From the NCBI GenBank assembly GCA_963663965.2, contig CAXXFK010000032.1:96001-160000 (forward strand): a stretch of DNA of 64,000 nucleotides, in the 5' to 3' direction. The notes beneath the pieces are model-generated. The model had not been told where the DNA came from. It saw only the letters and a program-made list of their open reading frames with translations, and searched no databases. The translations under genes and the position numbers were made by a program. The DNA is from Sedimentisphaerales bacterium. Lineage in GTDB: Bacteria > Planctomycetota > Phycisphaerae > Sedimentisphaerales > SM23-30. This document shows, piece by piece, positions 29,801-40,387 of the stretch (position 1 is its first letter; every line of letters begins with the position of its first letter).

Positions 29801-30277
29801 CTAATCTGGTGAATACTCACTCTCCACCACCACCCCATCTCTGGTCTTGAAGATAATAGCCGTACAATTCCCCGCTTGCTGAGACATCAGTGAGACATGA
29901 ATCCTGTTCTCCTCTTCAGTAATCCTGGGAAGCACAAAACCGCTCCCATCATACGCCTCTGTCACAACCCGCTCAATGGCATCGGCGGGCGTCCCCACCG
30001 GGATCCTCAACCAGGCCGCCCGCAGAATCCGTTCCGAAGGAGCCGGCAGCACGAAATTCGCCGCCAGTACCCCAAACACCACCACCCCAACCCAGATGGC
30101 CTGTTGCTTCTTAATACTCGTGGCCCATACCCCATAGAATAACAGAGCCGCCATAACACAAAACAATAAATACCGATAAGTAAACGCAACAACCCCCATC
30201 CACTGGTCCAGACCATATACGAACCATACCACAAAAGCAAGCAAACCAGTTAATAACACAACCAGGAACGTTTTCAT
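29801..30277 (-). CDS. Membrane hypothetical protein
   Basis: Three hydrophobic helices, then a small soluble domain. Confidence 0.7.
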   Translation of the reverse strand: MKTFLVVLLTGLLAFVVWFVYGLDQWMGVVAFTYRYLLFCVMAALLFYGVWATSIKKQQAIWVGVVVFGVLAANFVLPAPSERILRAAWLRIPVGTPADAIERVVTEAYDGSGFVLPRITEEENRIHVSLMSQQAGNCTAIIFKTRDGVVVESEYSPD

Positions 30278-30605
30278 ATCAAACACCTGACAAGTTTTCT
30301 TCTGTATTCAACTCTGATATTATATAATTCTTTATATAAGAACAGGTATTCCATTTAAACTTTGATGATTATATAAAATTACTTCCCTGAAGTCAAATCT
30401 ACCTTTTTCAGTGACGCTGCCCCAACTTTCACATCTCCGATCTAATTTCCTGCTGTAATTGTGAATTTTCATTTTGGCAAAATTTTATCTTGAATGGTAT
30501 ACCGTTTACGTTTGAAAATACCCGCTGGGCCGTAAAATAAGTCTTTTACGAGTCATTACTTATGTTGCGAGCGACCGGGCATTCCATACCCATTGGGTAT
30601 AATAA

Positions 30606-31184
30606 TCAAAACGGCCTGATTTCACCCCAATGCGCGACCGGCTTCGCCTGACCACCAATCCTTGCCGCGCGATAGGTGGTAATGAGAAATTCTCTAGATG
30701 ACTTATCTTCTCCCCCCTGGGATAAAACCAACGAAATCCGCATCAAACCATCGTATCGATTGTAATCCTCAACGGTCACTTCTCTATGGTTTCGATCATA
30801 AAAATAAAATTGCAATTCCTGTATTGTTCCTCCAATCATCTCCATCTCCCCGCATCGTCCATAATACAGATTCCCATCACAACCGGTTCGACAAATCTGA
30901 ATATTGCCGGCGCTATCTCGAAATCGAATAAATCCCATCCCATCACGGGAATTCCTCACTTCCAGCACTTGCGCGATACGAGACAACTGGGTATATAAAA
31001 AGTCGCGCAGCAATCGCTCCTTTTTATCCATACGATCGGCTGCTGTTGTCATCGCATCCACGGATGATATCATGCGCACTGGAGGCGCGAAAACCACCCA
31101 TAGCACCCAAAAGATGGCAATCCCGATGATCGTTTCAATCGGCGTCCATGAATGATATTTAACTTGACCAGACCGCCATGACAT
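30606..31184 (-). CDS. Minor pilin/pseudopilin-like protein
   Basis: Degenerate prepilin motif S-WTPIE followed by a hydrophobic helix; directly downstream of a pilin-like gene. Confidence 0.5.
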   Translation of the reverse strand: MSWRSGQVKYHSWTPIETIIGIAIFWVLWVVFAPPVRMISSVDAMTTAADRMDKKERLLRDFLYTQLSRIAQVLEVRNSRDGMGFIRFRDSAGNIQICRTGCDGNLYYGRCGEMEMIGGTIQELQFYFYDRNHREVTVEDYNRYDGLMRISLVLSQGGEDKSSREFLITTYRAARIGGQAKPVAHWGEIRPF

Positions 31185-31196
31185 GATTGGATTCCT

Positions 31197-31538
31197 CTAT
31201 TGCCAATGAGTACAACCGACGCGATGGTTCTTGGAATTATAGTAATAGTTCCCTCCCAAAGGGCACCTGAGCGGACCATCAGGAAAAAATTCACTGGGGC
31301 GCTCTGGAGTCCCCAATACGCGAACTATCCACTCGCTTTCGGTTAATTCATGATCCGCCTGGTTCGCTTCCAATAATTGACCGGTGGCATAATCCAGCAT
31401 TTCCAAATTGGTCGCGCAACATTTTTTATCTCCATTACTGGCGCTTTGGGCCAGTTTGGGTATTGATATCAATGCGATAGCAATTAGAAAAATGCCTGTG
31501 ATCAGTATTTCCAGATTGGATAAACCCTGGTTTCTCAT
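31197..31538 (-). CDS. Type IV pilin/ComGC-like small protein
   Basis: MRNQG-LSNLEILITGIFLIAIALISIP prepilin-like start; CATNL and CPLGGNY...CTH cysteines. Confidence 0.7.
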   Translation of the reverse strand: MRNQGLSNLEILITGIFLIAIALISIPKLAQSASNGDKKCCATNLEMLDYATGQLLEANQADHELTESEWIVRVLGTPERPSEFFPDGPLRCPLGGNYYYNSKNHRVGCTHWQ

Positions 31539-31568
31539 AGCCTGACAATCGGCCCATCCGTATTTTGA

Positions 31569-31790
31569 TTAATGGGTTATCCCGATAGCCGTCTGATTAT
31601 CCGGTTGCATGGGTGGATTTCGGTATTTCTCGCTTTTTTCCACGGCTTGCAAACAGCACCAGATGGCCGCTTTGGTCTTCGCGTCAATCTCTTTATCTTT
31701 CAATAACAGATTGGCTTCATCAATGAGTTTTTTTACATAATCTGGACCAAATCTCATTGGGGGCTCTCCCTTCTTGGCTTTGTAATCCAA
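31569..31790 (-). CDS. Small hypothetical protein
   Basis: Short ORF collinear with the pilin-like genes; may start at the internal ATG (MRFGP) after GAAGGGAG. Confidence 0.45.
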   Translation of the reverse strand: MDYKAKKGEPPMRFGPDYVKKLIDEANLLLKDKEIDAKTKAAIWCCLQAVEKSEKYRNPPMQPDNQTAIGITH

Positions 31791-32241
31791 AGTATTATTT
31801 CAGTCACTATCGTTATACTCGACACAATCAACCACCCAATTTAAGATTAAACCCAATCCTGATCCGATAACCCCGTTTCTTGCCACTTTATCGGACCTCT
31901 TACCGAGATAGATTCTTTTAGCCCGCCGATAGCCATCCCGGTTGCCTTATGAGATATCACATTAAATGCTCAACCTGTTTCAGGAAATTGACAGATGTGA
32001 TTCATAAAAAATACCTGGAAAATTATCAAGCGAACCTTACCGTACCAGAAACAAACAGATAGCATCAATGCATTCTGTACCTGGCGGATGAAGGAATCAT
32101 GTTATTCCGCCCTGACCGATACCTTGAATCGGATGGACAGAAAAATCCTGAAACAATAAGAGCGCCAGTCCTATTGATTTTCGCAGCGAGTCTGCGCGAT
32201 AAAGCAGCAGCAAGGCCGTGATAGTAAACTCCAATTGGTCT

Positions 32242-33549
32242 CTAGGTTAACTTCAGTAAGCCGGGCAACCAGGTTGCGAGTTCCGGTATATAGGTACATA
32301 TCAGCAACGTGATGATCATTGCGGCATAAAAGGGAAGGATATGCTTCATGACCTTTGTCACGGATGTTTCAGCGATACCACAGCCCAAAAACAGGCAGGT
32401 GCCAACCGGAGGCGTACATAAGCCAATGCAGAGATTCATAATGATGATAATCCCGAAATGCAAAGGCGAAATGCCGAATTGTTTGACGACCGGCAAAAAG
32501 ATGGGTGTAAAAATCAATACGGCCGGTGTCATGTCCATAAAAGTACCCACCGCCAGCAAAATCAAATTGATGATTAATAAAATAATGACCTTATTATCGC
32601 TCAAACTTAATAATTGCGCCGTAATCGTCTGCGGCAGATTCTCTTCCGCCATCAGCCAGCTCATCGCCATACTGGTCGCGATCAGTAAAAACACGACAGA
32701 GGTCATCACGCCGCATTGCAGAAAGATCCCCGGCAACTCTTTCAATTTGACTTCTTTATAGATAAAAGCCAGAATCGCTGCGTATAGAACAGCGATAGCG
32801 GATGCTTCCGTGGCAGTAAACCATCCCAGCAAAATTCCGCCGATTACGACGATGACCAATCCTAACGCAGGCAAGGCGCCCAGGAATCGGATAAAGCCCT
32901 CTTCAAAAGAGAAAGACTCACCCTTGCCATAATTGTGTTTGACGGAGATGAAACCGCTCACCAGGATCAAACCCAGGCCCACTAAAACACCTGGCAATAC
33001 GCCGGCGATAAATATTGCCGCGATGGAGACGATTCCGCCGGTCGCCAGAGAATAAACAATCATCACATTACTGGGAGGAATCAACAAACCCGTAGTGGCC
33101 GCCGTGACGGTCACTGCAGCATTAAAATCCCGATCATAGCCCATTTTGTTCATCAGCGGGACCATAAATCCACCCACCGAAGAAACGGCGGCCGCCGCGG
33201 ATCCACTGATTGCGCCAAACAGCATACAGGTCACGATATTCACAAAGGCCAGACCGCCTTTGAAACGCCCTACCAGCACATTCGCGAAATCGATCAACCG
33301 GCGCGCAATACCTCCATGTCCCATAAACAAACCCGACAAAATAAAAAACGGAATGGCCAGCAGGGAAAACTCATCAATTCCCGTCGCCATCTTATGCGCC
33401 ACCGCCACAAAGGCCGGCATCCCGCCATACATCAGATCAACAACGAGCATGGCCAGTACGGTCGCAATTCCCATACAGAATGCCACCGGGACGTTCAACA
33501 CCAACAACACAATAAAAGTTACAATCAGCACTAATACGGCTAATGACAT
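32242..33549 (-). CDS. dctM: TRAP transporter large permease
   Basis: LLAIPFFILSG, FGAISGSAAA, LLIPPS, GLCTPPVG. Confidence 0.93.
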   Translation of the reverse strand: MSLAVLVLIVTFIVLLVLNVPVAFCMGIATVLAMLVVDLMYGGMPAFVAVAHKMATGIDEFSLLAIPFFILSGLFMGHGGIARRLIDFANVLVGRFKGGLAFVNIVTCMLFGAISGSAAAAVSSVGGFMVPLMNKMGYDRDFNAAVTVTAATTGLLIPPSNVMIVYSLATGGIVSIAAIFIAGVLPGVLVGLGLILVSGFISVKHNYGKGESFSFEEGFIRFLGALPALGLVIVVIGGILLGWFTATEASAIAVLYAAILAFIYKEVKLKELPGIFLQCGVMTSVVFLLIATSMAMSWLMAEENLPQTITAQLLSLSDNKVIILLIINLILLAVGTFMDMTPAVLIFTPIFLPVVKQFGISPLHFGIIIIMNLCIGLCTPPVGTCLFLGCGIAETSVTKVMKHILPFYAAMIITLLICTYIPELATWLPGLLKLT

Positions 33550-33550
33550 A

Positions 33551-34081
33551 TCAGACTTCCTTACCTGAATCGTTTGAGTTGGTACCGCTATTCGTGTCTT
33601 GAACACGCTTCAAGGCGTTCAGTCGTTCAGACAATCCCAATAAAGAATACAAAACCATAAAACTTCCGCTAATCGGCACCGCCAGATAAACATAGCCCAT
33701 TTTCAATTTCAATGCCGGGGATATCTGACCCAGATCGAAAATCGTTTTCACCAGATCGATCCCTCCATAAACCATGACCAGGGCGGAAAACAGCGCGATA
33801 CAGATAAAAACAAAGACTTCCGTTCCAATCCGGGTTCGCTGAGGCAGTTTACTGACGAAATAATCGATGCCCAGATGAGCGCCCCGGCCCAAGGCGACGG
33901 CGCCTCCCAGCAACGCCACCCAGATTAATAAGAAAGTGGCCATTTCTTCCGTCCATTTACTGGGGGATCGCATGATAAAACGAGTGAATACCTGCCACAA
34001 TACATCCAGCACCAGCACCGCCACTGATATCATCAACAGCACTTCCAGTATTTTATCCAGAATGAGTTTCAATTGCTTCAT
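33551..34081 (-). CDS. dctQ: TRAP transporter small permease
   Basis: QVFTRF...WTEE...HLGID; four TM segments. Confidence 0.92.
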   Translation of the reverse strand: MKQLKLILDKILEVLLMISVAVLVLDVLWQVFTRFIMRSPSKWTEEMATFLLIWVALLGGAVALGRGAHLGIDYFVSKLPQRTRIGTEVFVFICIALFSALVMVYGGIDLVKTIFDLGQISPALKLKMGYVYLAVPISGSFMVLYSLLGLSERLNALKRVQDTNSGTNSNDSGKEV

Positions 34082-34085
34082 GGTT

Positions 34086-35069
34086 TTAATGTACCTCTTG
34101 TATTTGTTCGATCAACTGACCGATTTCCGTACCCTCAAATTCTTTCCAGATGGGTCGGACCGATTCTCGAAAAGGTTCTTTATCGGGATAAATAACTTCC
34201 ACACCCTCCGCCTTCACCGCTTCCAAATCCGCTTTTTCCGCCTCCGCCCACAATGTGATATTGTAATCAACCGCTTCTTCAATCGATTCAGTCAATATCT
34301 GCTGAAATTCCTCGGATAACTCGTCCCATACCCGGGTACTCATTAATAGCATATCCGGTAAACGCGTATGTTCATCGAGACTGTAATAGTTGCAGATTTT
34401 ATAATGCTGACTGGTCTTATACGAAGGCGGATTATTCTCCGCGGCATCCACAACGCCCTGATCCAGCGACGTATAAAGCTCACCCCACGCGATCGGCGTC
34501 GGCGATCCCCCCATGGCGTCAATCATTTTTGTGGCCATCACACTTTTCATCACGCGTACTTTCAACCCCTTTAAATCCGCCGGAGTATTAATGGGCTTTT
34601 TCGCATAGAAGCTGCGCGCGCCCGCGTCAAAATAACACAATCCTTTCAGACGATAATTAACCCCCGCTTCCAATAACGCCTTCCCGATAGGTCCCCGGGC
34701 CACTTTCCAGAAATGTTCGGCATCCCGAAAAAGATACGGTACCCCAAAAACCTTCAACTCTGGTACAAATCCCTCCAAAGGCCCGGTTGACGTTTTGGTC
34801 ATGGCCAGATAACCCAGTTGCAATGCCTCGATACATTCTTTTTCAGTACCCAGTTGCTCACTGGGATAAATCTCCACAATTAAACGGCCGCCTGATTTCT
34901 CCTTCACCCGCTCAGCCATAAACACCATCGTCTTATGGACCGGGTGTTCCGTATTCAAACCATGGGCCAGTTTCAGAATTCGCTCTGCTTTGGCTTCTTC
35001 TTGCTTCTCACAACCCACTGCTAAACATAATCCCATAAATAACAATAAGATAAATAAATATCGATTCAT
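34086..35069 (-). CDS. dctP: TRAP transporter substrate-binding lipoprotein
   Basis: Lipobox AVGC; DLKGLKVRV; ELYTSLDQGVVDAAEN. Confidence 0.93.
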   Translation of the reverse strand: MNRYLFILLLFMGLCLAVGCEKQEEAKAERILKLAHGLNTEHPVHKTMVFMAERVKEKSGGRLIVEIYPSEQLGTEKECIEALQLGYLAMTKTSTGPLEGFVPELKVFGVPYLFRDAEHFWKVARGPIGKALLEAGVNYRLKGLCYFDAGARSFYAKKPINTPADLKGLKVRVMKSVMATKMIDAMGGSPTPIAWGELYTSLDQGVVDAAENNPPSYKTSQHYKICNYYSLDEHTRLPDMLLMSTRVWDELSEEFQQILTESIEEAVDYNITLWAEAEKADLEAVKAEGVEVIYPDKEPFRESVRPIWKEFEGTEIGQLIEQIQEVH

Positions 35070-35276
35070 AATATCCTGCTCGATTATTACCTGATTAAAT
35101 TATCTCAATACTCGATATAATTGACTTACAATACTGCATAACTTTATCAACGTCAAGTTTTTATCCAGAAATACTCTCCCTCACATTGACTTTGATTTAT
35201 GAAAAGGTATCATTAATCATAATAAACGATAATAACCCTGTTATTGTTTCATGTTTTTATTACCCAGGAGGACCCG

Positions 35277-35762
35277 ATGCGTCATTCTTCAACATTGTTC
35301 CCAATTCTCATATTATATCTTATTGTCATCATGGGTTGTTCTGCCCCGGACTCCGATAAGACTGTCGAAAATCGCCTTAAACGTGATAATGATCTTTGGG
35401 TACAACGCCAGATCGAAGAGGATGGTTTATCGGTGACCCTGTGGAAAAAAGATTTCTCAGAACCGGAAAAAGGACAGGATAAGATTGACAATCAAATCAA
35501 ACTTATTTCTTTGCTGGAATCAAACCTGGATTCCAATCGACAAAAATTAATTGAATGGGAAATACAATCTCCTCCTGATAAGGCGATGATCGAACACTAT
35601 CGCCGGCTGGTTCGCAGCCAGGAGATCCAACTGGCGCGCGAACGGTCAAAATTGGCGGAATTACAGGGAAAACAATCGGTATTCGATTCTTCTTATAATC
35701 ATTCCGGTTCCGACTGGTTTGATCAGCATGCGAATGAAGACAACCGGGATTCCCGCCGCTGA
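35277..35762 (+). CDS. Hypothetical coiled-coil lipoprotein
   Basis: GGAGG RBS; lipobox IMGC. Confidence 0.7.
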   Translation: MRHSSTLFPILILYLIVIMGCSAPDSDKTVENRLKRDNDLWVQRQIEEDGLSVTLWKKDFSEPEKGQDKIDNQIKLISLLESNLDSNRQKLIEWEIQSPPDKAMIEHYRRLVRSQEIQLARERSKLAELQGKQSVFDSSYNHSGSDWFDQHANEDNRDSRR

Positions 35763-35790
35763 GGCCTTGCCCTGATTATTGAAATACCAG

Positions 35791-36294
35791 TCACCGGTTG
35801 ATAACCTGTACCTGATTAAGCCTGATCCTGCCGTTGTCAAATGTCACTTGAGTGACCAGGCCCTGGGCCACACCCGGATCTTTGGGACATTTCAACTCAA
35901 AGCGATAACATTGGGTAGTTCGGTCCCAAAGGGCTTGATTGGCTGATACGGCGCTCAAATCAAACAGTTGAACACCCTCAGATTCATATCGTTGCGCGTT
36001 TCGAACATCATTGTTGATACCGGATTTATAACGGTATAATTCAAAGCGGAATTGCCCCAGGGCTTTTATGGAATCTCCAAACGCATCCCGAATCTGCACA
36101 TAAACCAGCAATTTCAATTCCTCTGTCGATTGCGACCCACCCTCATTTTTCACGATTCGGCTAAAAGAATTCTGAATGATCGCCTCTGCCGGCCAGATGC
36201 AGTCAGCGCCTTTAACCGGAGGTTTGTTTGACCGTGATGGGCATCCCATCAATCCTGTCATCAAAATAAACAATAGTGCCATCCGACTATACAT
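35791..36294 (-). CDS. Hypothetical lipoprotein
   Basis: Lipobox LMGC; overlaps the ribBA stop. Confidence 0.7.
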   Translation of the reverse strand: MYSRMALLFILMTGLMGCPSRSNKPPVKGADCIWPAEAIIQNSFSRIVKNEGGSQSTEELKLLVYVQIRDAFGDSIKALGQFRFELYRYKSGINNDVRNAQRYESEGVQLFDLSAVSANQALWDRTTQCYRFELKCPKDPGVAQGLVTQVTFDNGRIRLNQVQVINR

Positions 36295-37519
36295 GACGCA
36301 GATTATGCCCCATTTTGGTTCGCTTGGTTTTCATATAACGCCGGTTGTTATCATTGGGCTCTATTTCGATGGGAACCTGTTCCTCAATCGCAATGCCATA
36401 GACGCTTAATCGCTCCGTTTTAACCGGATTATTTGTCAACAAACGAATCCGCCGTATTCCCAGGTCGCGGCAAATCTGCGCGCCAAGTCCATAATCCCGT
36501 TTGTCGGCATCATATCCCAGCCATTCATTGGCTTGCACCGTATCCATGCCGATGTCCTGCAAACGATACGCGCGCAGTTTGGCGGCCAGTCCGATACCGC
36601 GCCCTTCCTGACGCAAATAGATTATTGCCCCAAGTCCTTCTTTCTCGATTTGCCGCATCGCCTCATGCAACTGGCTGCCGCAATCGCAACGTCTTGAGTG
36701 AAACACATCGCCAGTCAGGCATTCACTGTGAACCCGGACCAGCACGGTTTGGTCCGTTTCAATCACTTTCCCATCTGGTCCAATCCGCCCGATATCTCCT
36801 TTACAAAGCGCCAGATGCGTTTTATCGTCCACCATGCTGTCATAACTGATGAGTTTAAATATGCCGCAATCGGTTGGCAAGTCCACGATATCCGTTCGTT
36901 GCACCAGTAGTTCCCGGCGCAAGCGATATTCAATCAGATCGGCTATGGTAGCTATCTTTAAATCATGTTCTTTGCAAAATTCAATCAATTCAGGCACTCT
37001 GGCCATCGTGCCATCGTCATTCATAATTTCACAAATCACACCCGCCGGTTTCAATCCAGCCAGGCGCGCCAGATCGACAGCGCCTTCCGTTTGGCCGGCC
37101 CTTACTAATACCCCACCATCTCTGGCGCGCAATGGGAACATATGGCCGGGACGAACCAAGTCACTTGGCGTACAATCCTCTTGCATGCATTGCAGGATTG
37201 TTCTGGCACGATCTGCTGCCGATATGCCCGTGCTGGTTCCTTCACGGGCATCGATCGTGACAGTAAAAGCGGTTTGTAACAACGCAGTATTATTCACAGC
37301 CTGTGCGTATAAATTCAGCTCATCACAACGCTGCTCGGTCATGGGCAGGCAGATCATCCCCCGGCCAAAACGGGCCATAAAATTAATGATTTCCGGCGTT
37401 ACCTTCTCTGCGGCACAAACCAGATCCCCTTCGTTCTCTCGGTCCTCAGCGTCAACCAGAACGACCATTTTCCCTTCTTGAATATCTTCAATCACTTCTT
37501 CTATTGAATTAAAACTCAT
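36287..37519 (-). CDS. ribBA: Bifunctional DHBP synthase / GTP cyclohydrolase II
   Basis: [50 protein letters not shown]. Confidence 0.96.
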   Translation of the reverse strand: MSFNSIEEVIEDIQEGKMVVLVDAEDRENEGDLVCAAEKVTPEIINFMARFGRGMICLPMTEQRCDELNLYAQAVNNTALLQTAFTVTIDAREGTSTGISAADRARTILQCMQEDCTPSDLVRPGHMFPLRARDGGVLVRAGQTEGAVDLARLAGLKPAGVICEIMNDDGTMARVPELIEFCKEHDLKIATIADLIEYRLRRELLVQRTDIVDLPTDCGIFKLISYDSMVDDKTHLALCKGDIGRIGPDGKVIETDQTVLVRVHSECLTGDVFHSRRCDCGSQLHEAMRQIEKEGLGAIIYLRQEGRGIGLAAKLRAYRLQDIGMDTVQANEWLGYDADKRDYGLGAQICRDLGIRRIRLLTNNPVKTERLSVYGIAIEEQVPIEIEPNDNNRRYMKTKRTKMGHNLRHV

Positions 37520-38223
37520 TTTCTATTGACACCTTCTATGTCTCTTGCCTTCAGCATCCGGTTACAACTTCAAGCCACCTAACTGGTTATTATTATGCGT
37601 CTTAACCATATAACGTTATATCGTAGCCAATTATTATAGCAAATCCGCCAGCCAAAATAAAACCTTATTTAATAGACTGCCATAAAAGCAAATTAGCACC
37701 TCCATCTAGCTTTACTTCGGTTTGAAATCCAGTTATACCCAATGGGTATGATAATTCCCGATCGCTCGCAAGATAAGTTTTTACTCGTGTAGAACTTATA
37801 TCACGGTCCAGTGGGCTTTTCAATGGTAAGCAGTTTTATTACTCCATAGGTCACCTCCAGTCGCCTGAGATACCCATCAACATACGATTATCTGAAATGG
37901 AAAAAATCCAGATAAAATGATCCCAAACCTTTTCCTATCAGGTTCCGGTTATTGGAACTTTTTATGTCCCGCATGAAATCCAACTCCCCAAGTCTCTGTA
38001 TATCAATATGATACACAATATTACCCCAAAAGGATAATGGGCAATAGGACGGTATATTAAACAGTTATTTTATTAACAAAATGACAAATGCCTGATTTCA
38101 AAATTAAAAATAGCCGCTGACCAATCGGACTCCATTAACCTAAAATAAAATGCCCCTTGACTTTACGATTTCAAGAGGTTTAATGGTATTCCTTATTATT
38201 TAACTAAACACAGGAGATTTTTT

Positions 38224-39003
38224 ATGCAAATCAAGAAAAGTTTACTTAGTCTTTGTGGCTTACTTTTTGTAGGCGGATTGATCGCTGCCACCCAGTCCTG
38301 GCCGGTTCATTCCATGGAACGCCCAAATCCGACTCCCATCACCCCCGGAAACGAAGTTGGCGCCGCTCCTTCTGATGCCATCGTATTATTCGATGGATCT
38401 GATCTTTCCAAATGGGCCAGCACCAAAGCCAACGAAGATGCGGCCACCTGGAAAGTGGAAAATGGCTATTTTGAAGCCGTCCCCAAAGCCGGCAGCATAA
38501 CAACACGTGACAGTTTTGGCAGTTGCCAGCTTCATATCGAATGGCGTACCCCTACGGCAGCTGAAATGACTGGTAAGACCGGACAAAACCGGGGCAACAG
38601 CGGCGTTTTTCTAATGAGCACCTACGAGATACAAGTGCTCGATTCCTATACTGAGGATAATTATAAAGACAACAAAACTTATGCCGATGGCCAGGCCGCT
38701 TCGGTTTACGGTCAGAATCCGCCCCTGGTGAATGCCTGCCGAAAGCCCGGACAATGGCAAACTTATGATATCGTTTTCCATCGCCCCATCTTTGATGGTA
38801 ACGGCGCCGTTACCCGCCCTGCTACTGTGACAGTCTTCCAGAATGGTGTTCTGGTTCAGGATCATTTTGAGATAACTGGCGCTACTGCCCATAAACAAGA
38901 GGCCACGTATCATTCCCATCCGGATAAACTGCCGATTCAACTTCAGGATCATGGCCAGCCTACCCGTTTCCGTAACATCTGGATTAGACCCCTGGCGGAT
39001 TGA
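38224..39003 (+). CDS. DUF1080 (3-keto-disaccharide hydrolase-like) secreted protein
   Basis: LFDGSDL, GNSGVF, YEIQVLDS, LQDHG, FRNIWI. Confidence 0.9.
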   Translation: MQIKKSLLSLCGLLFVGGLIAATQSWPVHSMERPNPTPITPGNEVGAAPSDAIVLFDGSDLSKWASTKANEDAATWKVENGYFEAVPKAGSITTRDSFGSCQLHIEWRTPTAAEMTGKTGQNRGNSGVFLMSTYEIQVLDSYTEDNYKDNKTYADGQAASVYGQNPPLVNACRKPGQWQTYDIVFHRPIFDGNGAVTRPATVTVFQNGVLVQDHFEITGATAHKQEATYHSHPDKLPIQLQDHGQPTRFRNIWIRPLAD

Positions 39004-39083
39004 AACCCTGATCCAATGTAAATACCCGATTAGATAGCCAGAGAATTCAGACCTTCTCTCTTGCTATAAAAATTAGTCAGACC

Positions 39084-39116
39084 AATTCAGGGCACGGTTC
39101 GCGTGCCCTGAATTTT
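39084..39116 (+). terminator. Hairpin, probable intrinsic terminator
   Basis: 13-bp perfect stem aattcagggcacg/cgtgccctgaatt followed by a short T run. Confidence 0.55.
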
Positions 39117-39147
39117 ATCCCTCAAAATAGAAAGTGAGTACTTCATC

Positions 39148-40245
39148 ATGAAAGTTCCGTTGCTCGACTTGACATGCCAGTATAAATCTCTCCAATCCCA
39201 GATTGAACCGGCGGTTATGGCGCTGATGGAAAGCCAGTTATTCGTGTTGGGTAAACCCGTTTCCGAACTGGAAAAGAACCTGGCAAAATACCATCACTGC
39301 AACGCTGCCGTGGGTATGAGCAGCGGAACGGATGCCCTGATCGCCTCTTTGATGGCTTTCGATATCGGCCCTGGTGATGAAGTCATTGTCCCCACCTTCA
39401 CTTTCTTCGCCACCGCCGGCTGCGTCCATCGGGTTGGAGCGACACCTGTTTTTGTTGATATTGATGCCGACACGTTCAATATGGATCTGGCGGCCTTCGA
39501 AGCGGCCATTAACTCCCGCACCAAAGCCGTCATCCCGGTTCACCTTTTCGGCCAGATGGCGCCCATGGCTGATATCATGGCGATCGCCCGTAAACACAAT
39601 ATCAAAGTGATCGAAGATTCCTGTCAATCGATCGGCAGTGTCCAGAATGGAAACTATACCGGGCAACTGGGCGATTGCGCCTGCCTGAGCTTCTACCCCA
39701 GCAAAAACCTGGCGGGTTTTGGCGACGGCGGCATGGTGCTTTGTAATGACGAAGCTTATGCCCAGAAACTCCGCTATATCCGCATGCACGGCGAAGACAA
39801 ACGCTATTATCACAGTATGATTGGCGGCAACTTCCGGTTGGATGCCCTCCAGGCCCTCGTACTCGACATTAAATTACCGCACCTGGATAAGTGGGTAGAA
39901 CTTAGAAAAAGACACGCAGCCATTTATGATCAAATGCTCTGCCAGGAGGTCACTACCCCTGTCATTATGCCGGGCAATACCAGCGTTTATAATCAATACG
40001 TAATACGTGCGCCTCGGCGTGATGAATTGCAGATGCACCTCGCCGAAAACGAAATCGGCTCAGGGGTTTATTATCCTGTGCCGCTCCACCTGCAGGAATG
40101 TTTCAAGCATCTGAATGGCAAACCGGGTGATTGCCCCATCGCCGAAAGAGCCTGTCTCGAAGTGCTCGCCCTGCCGGTCTATCCCGAACTGGCCGATGAA
40201 CAAATTGAATATGTTGCCGAAACGATCAACCGATTCTATCAATAA
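39148..40245 (+). CDS. DegT/DnrJ/EryC1/StrS family PLP aminotransferase
   Basis: SGTDAL, GDEVIVP, IEDSCQ, SFYPSKNL, GDGG. Confidence 0.93.
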   Translation: MKVPLLDLTCQYKSLQSQIEPAVMALMESQLFVLGKPVSELEKNLAKYHHCNAAVGMSSGTDALIASLMAFDIGPGDEVIVPTFTFFATAGCVHRVGATPVFVDIDADTFNMDLAAFEAAINSRTKAVIPVHLFGQMAPMADIMAIARKHNIKVIEDSCQSIGSVQNGNYTGQLGDCACLSFYPSKNLAGFGDGGMVLCNDEAYAQKLRYIRMHGEDKRYYHSMIGGNFRLDALQALVLDIKLPHLDKWVELRKRHAAIYDQMLCQEVTTPVIMPGNTSVYNQYVIRAPRRDELQMHLAENEIGSGVYYPVPLHLQECFKHLNGKPGDCPIAERACLEVLALPVYPELADEQIEYVAETINRFYQ

Positions 40246-40387
40246 ATGTAAATTAATTGTAATTCGCAATGAATGGATTTGAATGGCCGTTTTGCCTGTC
40301 AGACAGCGTGTCCTTTTATAAAAAAGGCAAAATACATTGAATTCCGATAATTCGTTTATCTATTTTGCCTGTTACGGTTGATCAGGA

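Noticed and set aside
37520..38223. FMN riboswitch upstream of ribBA
   Set aside because: The conserved RFN motifs were not found on the minus strand.
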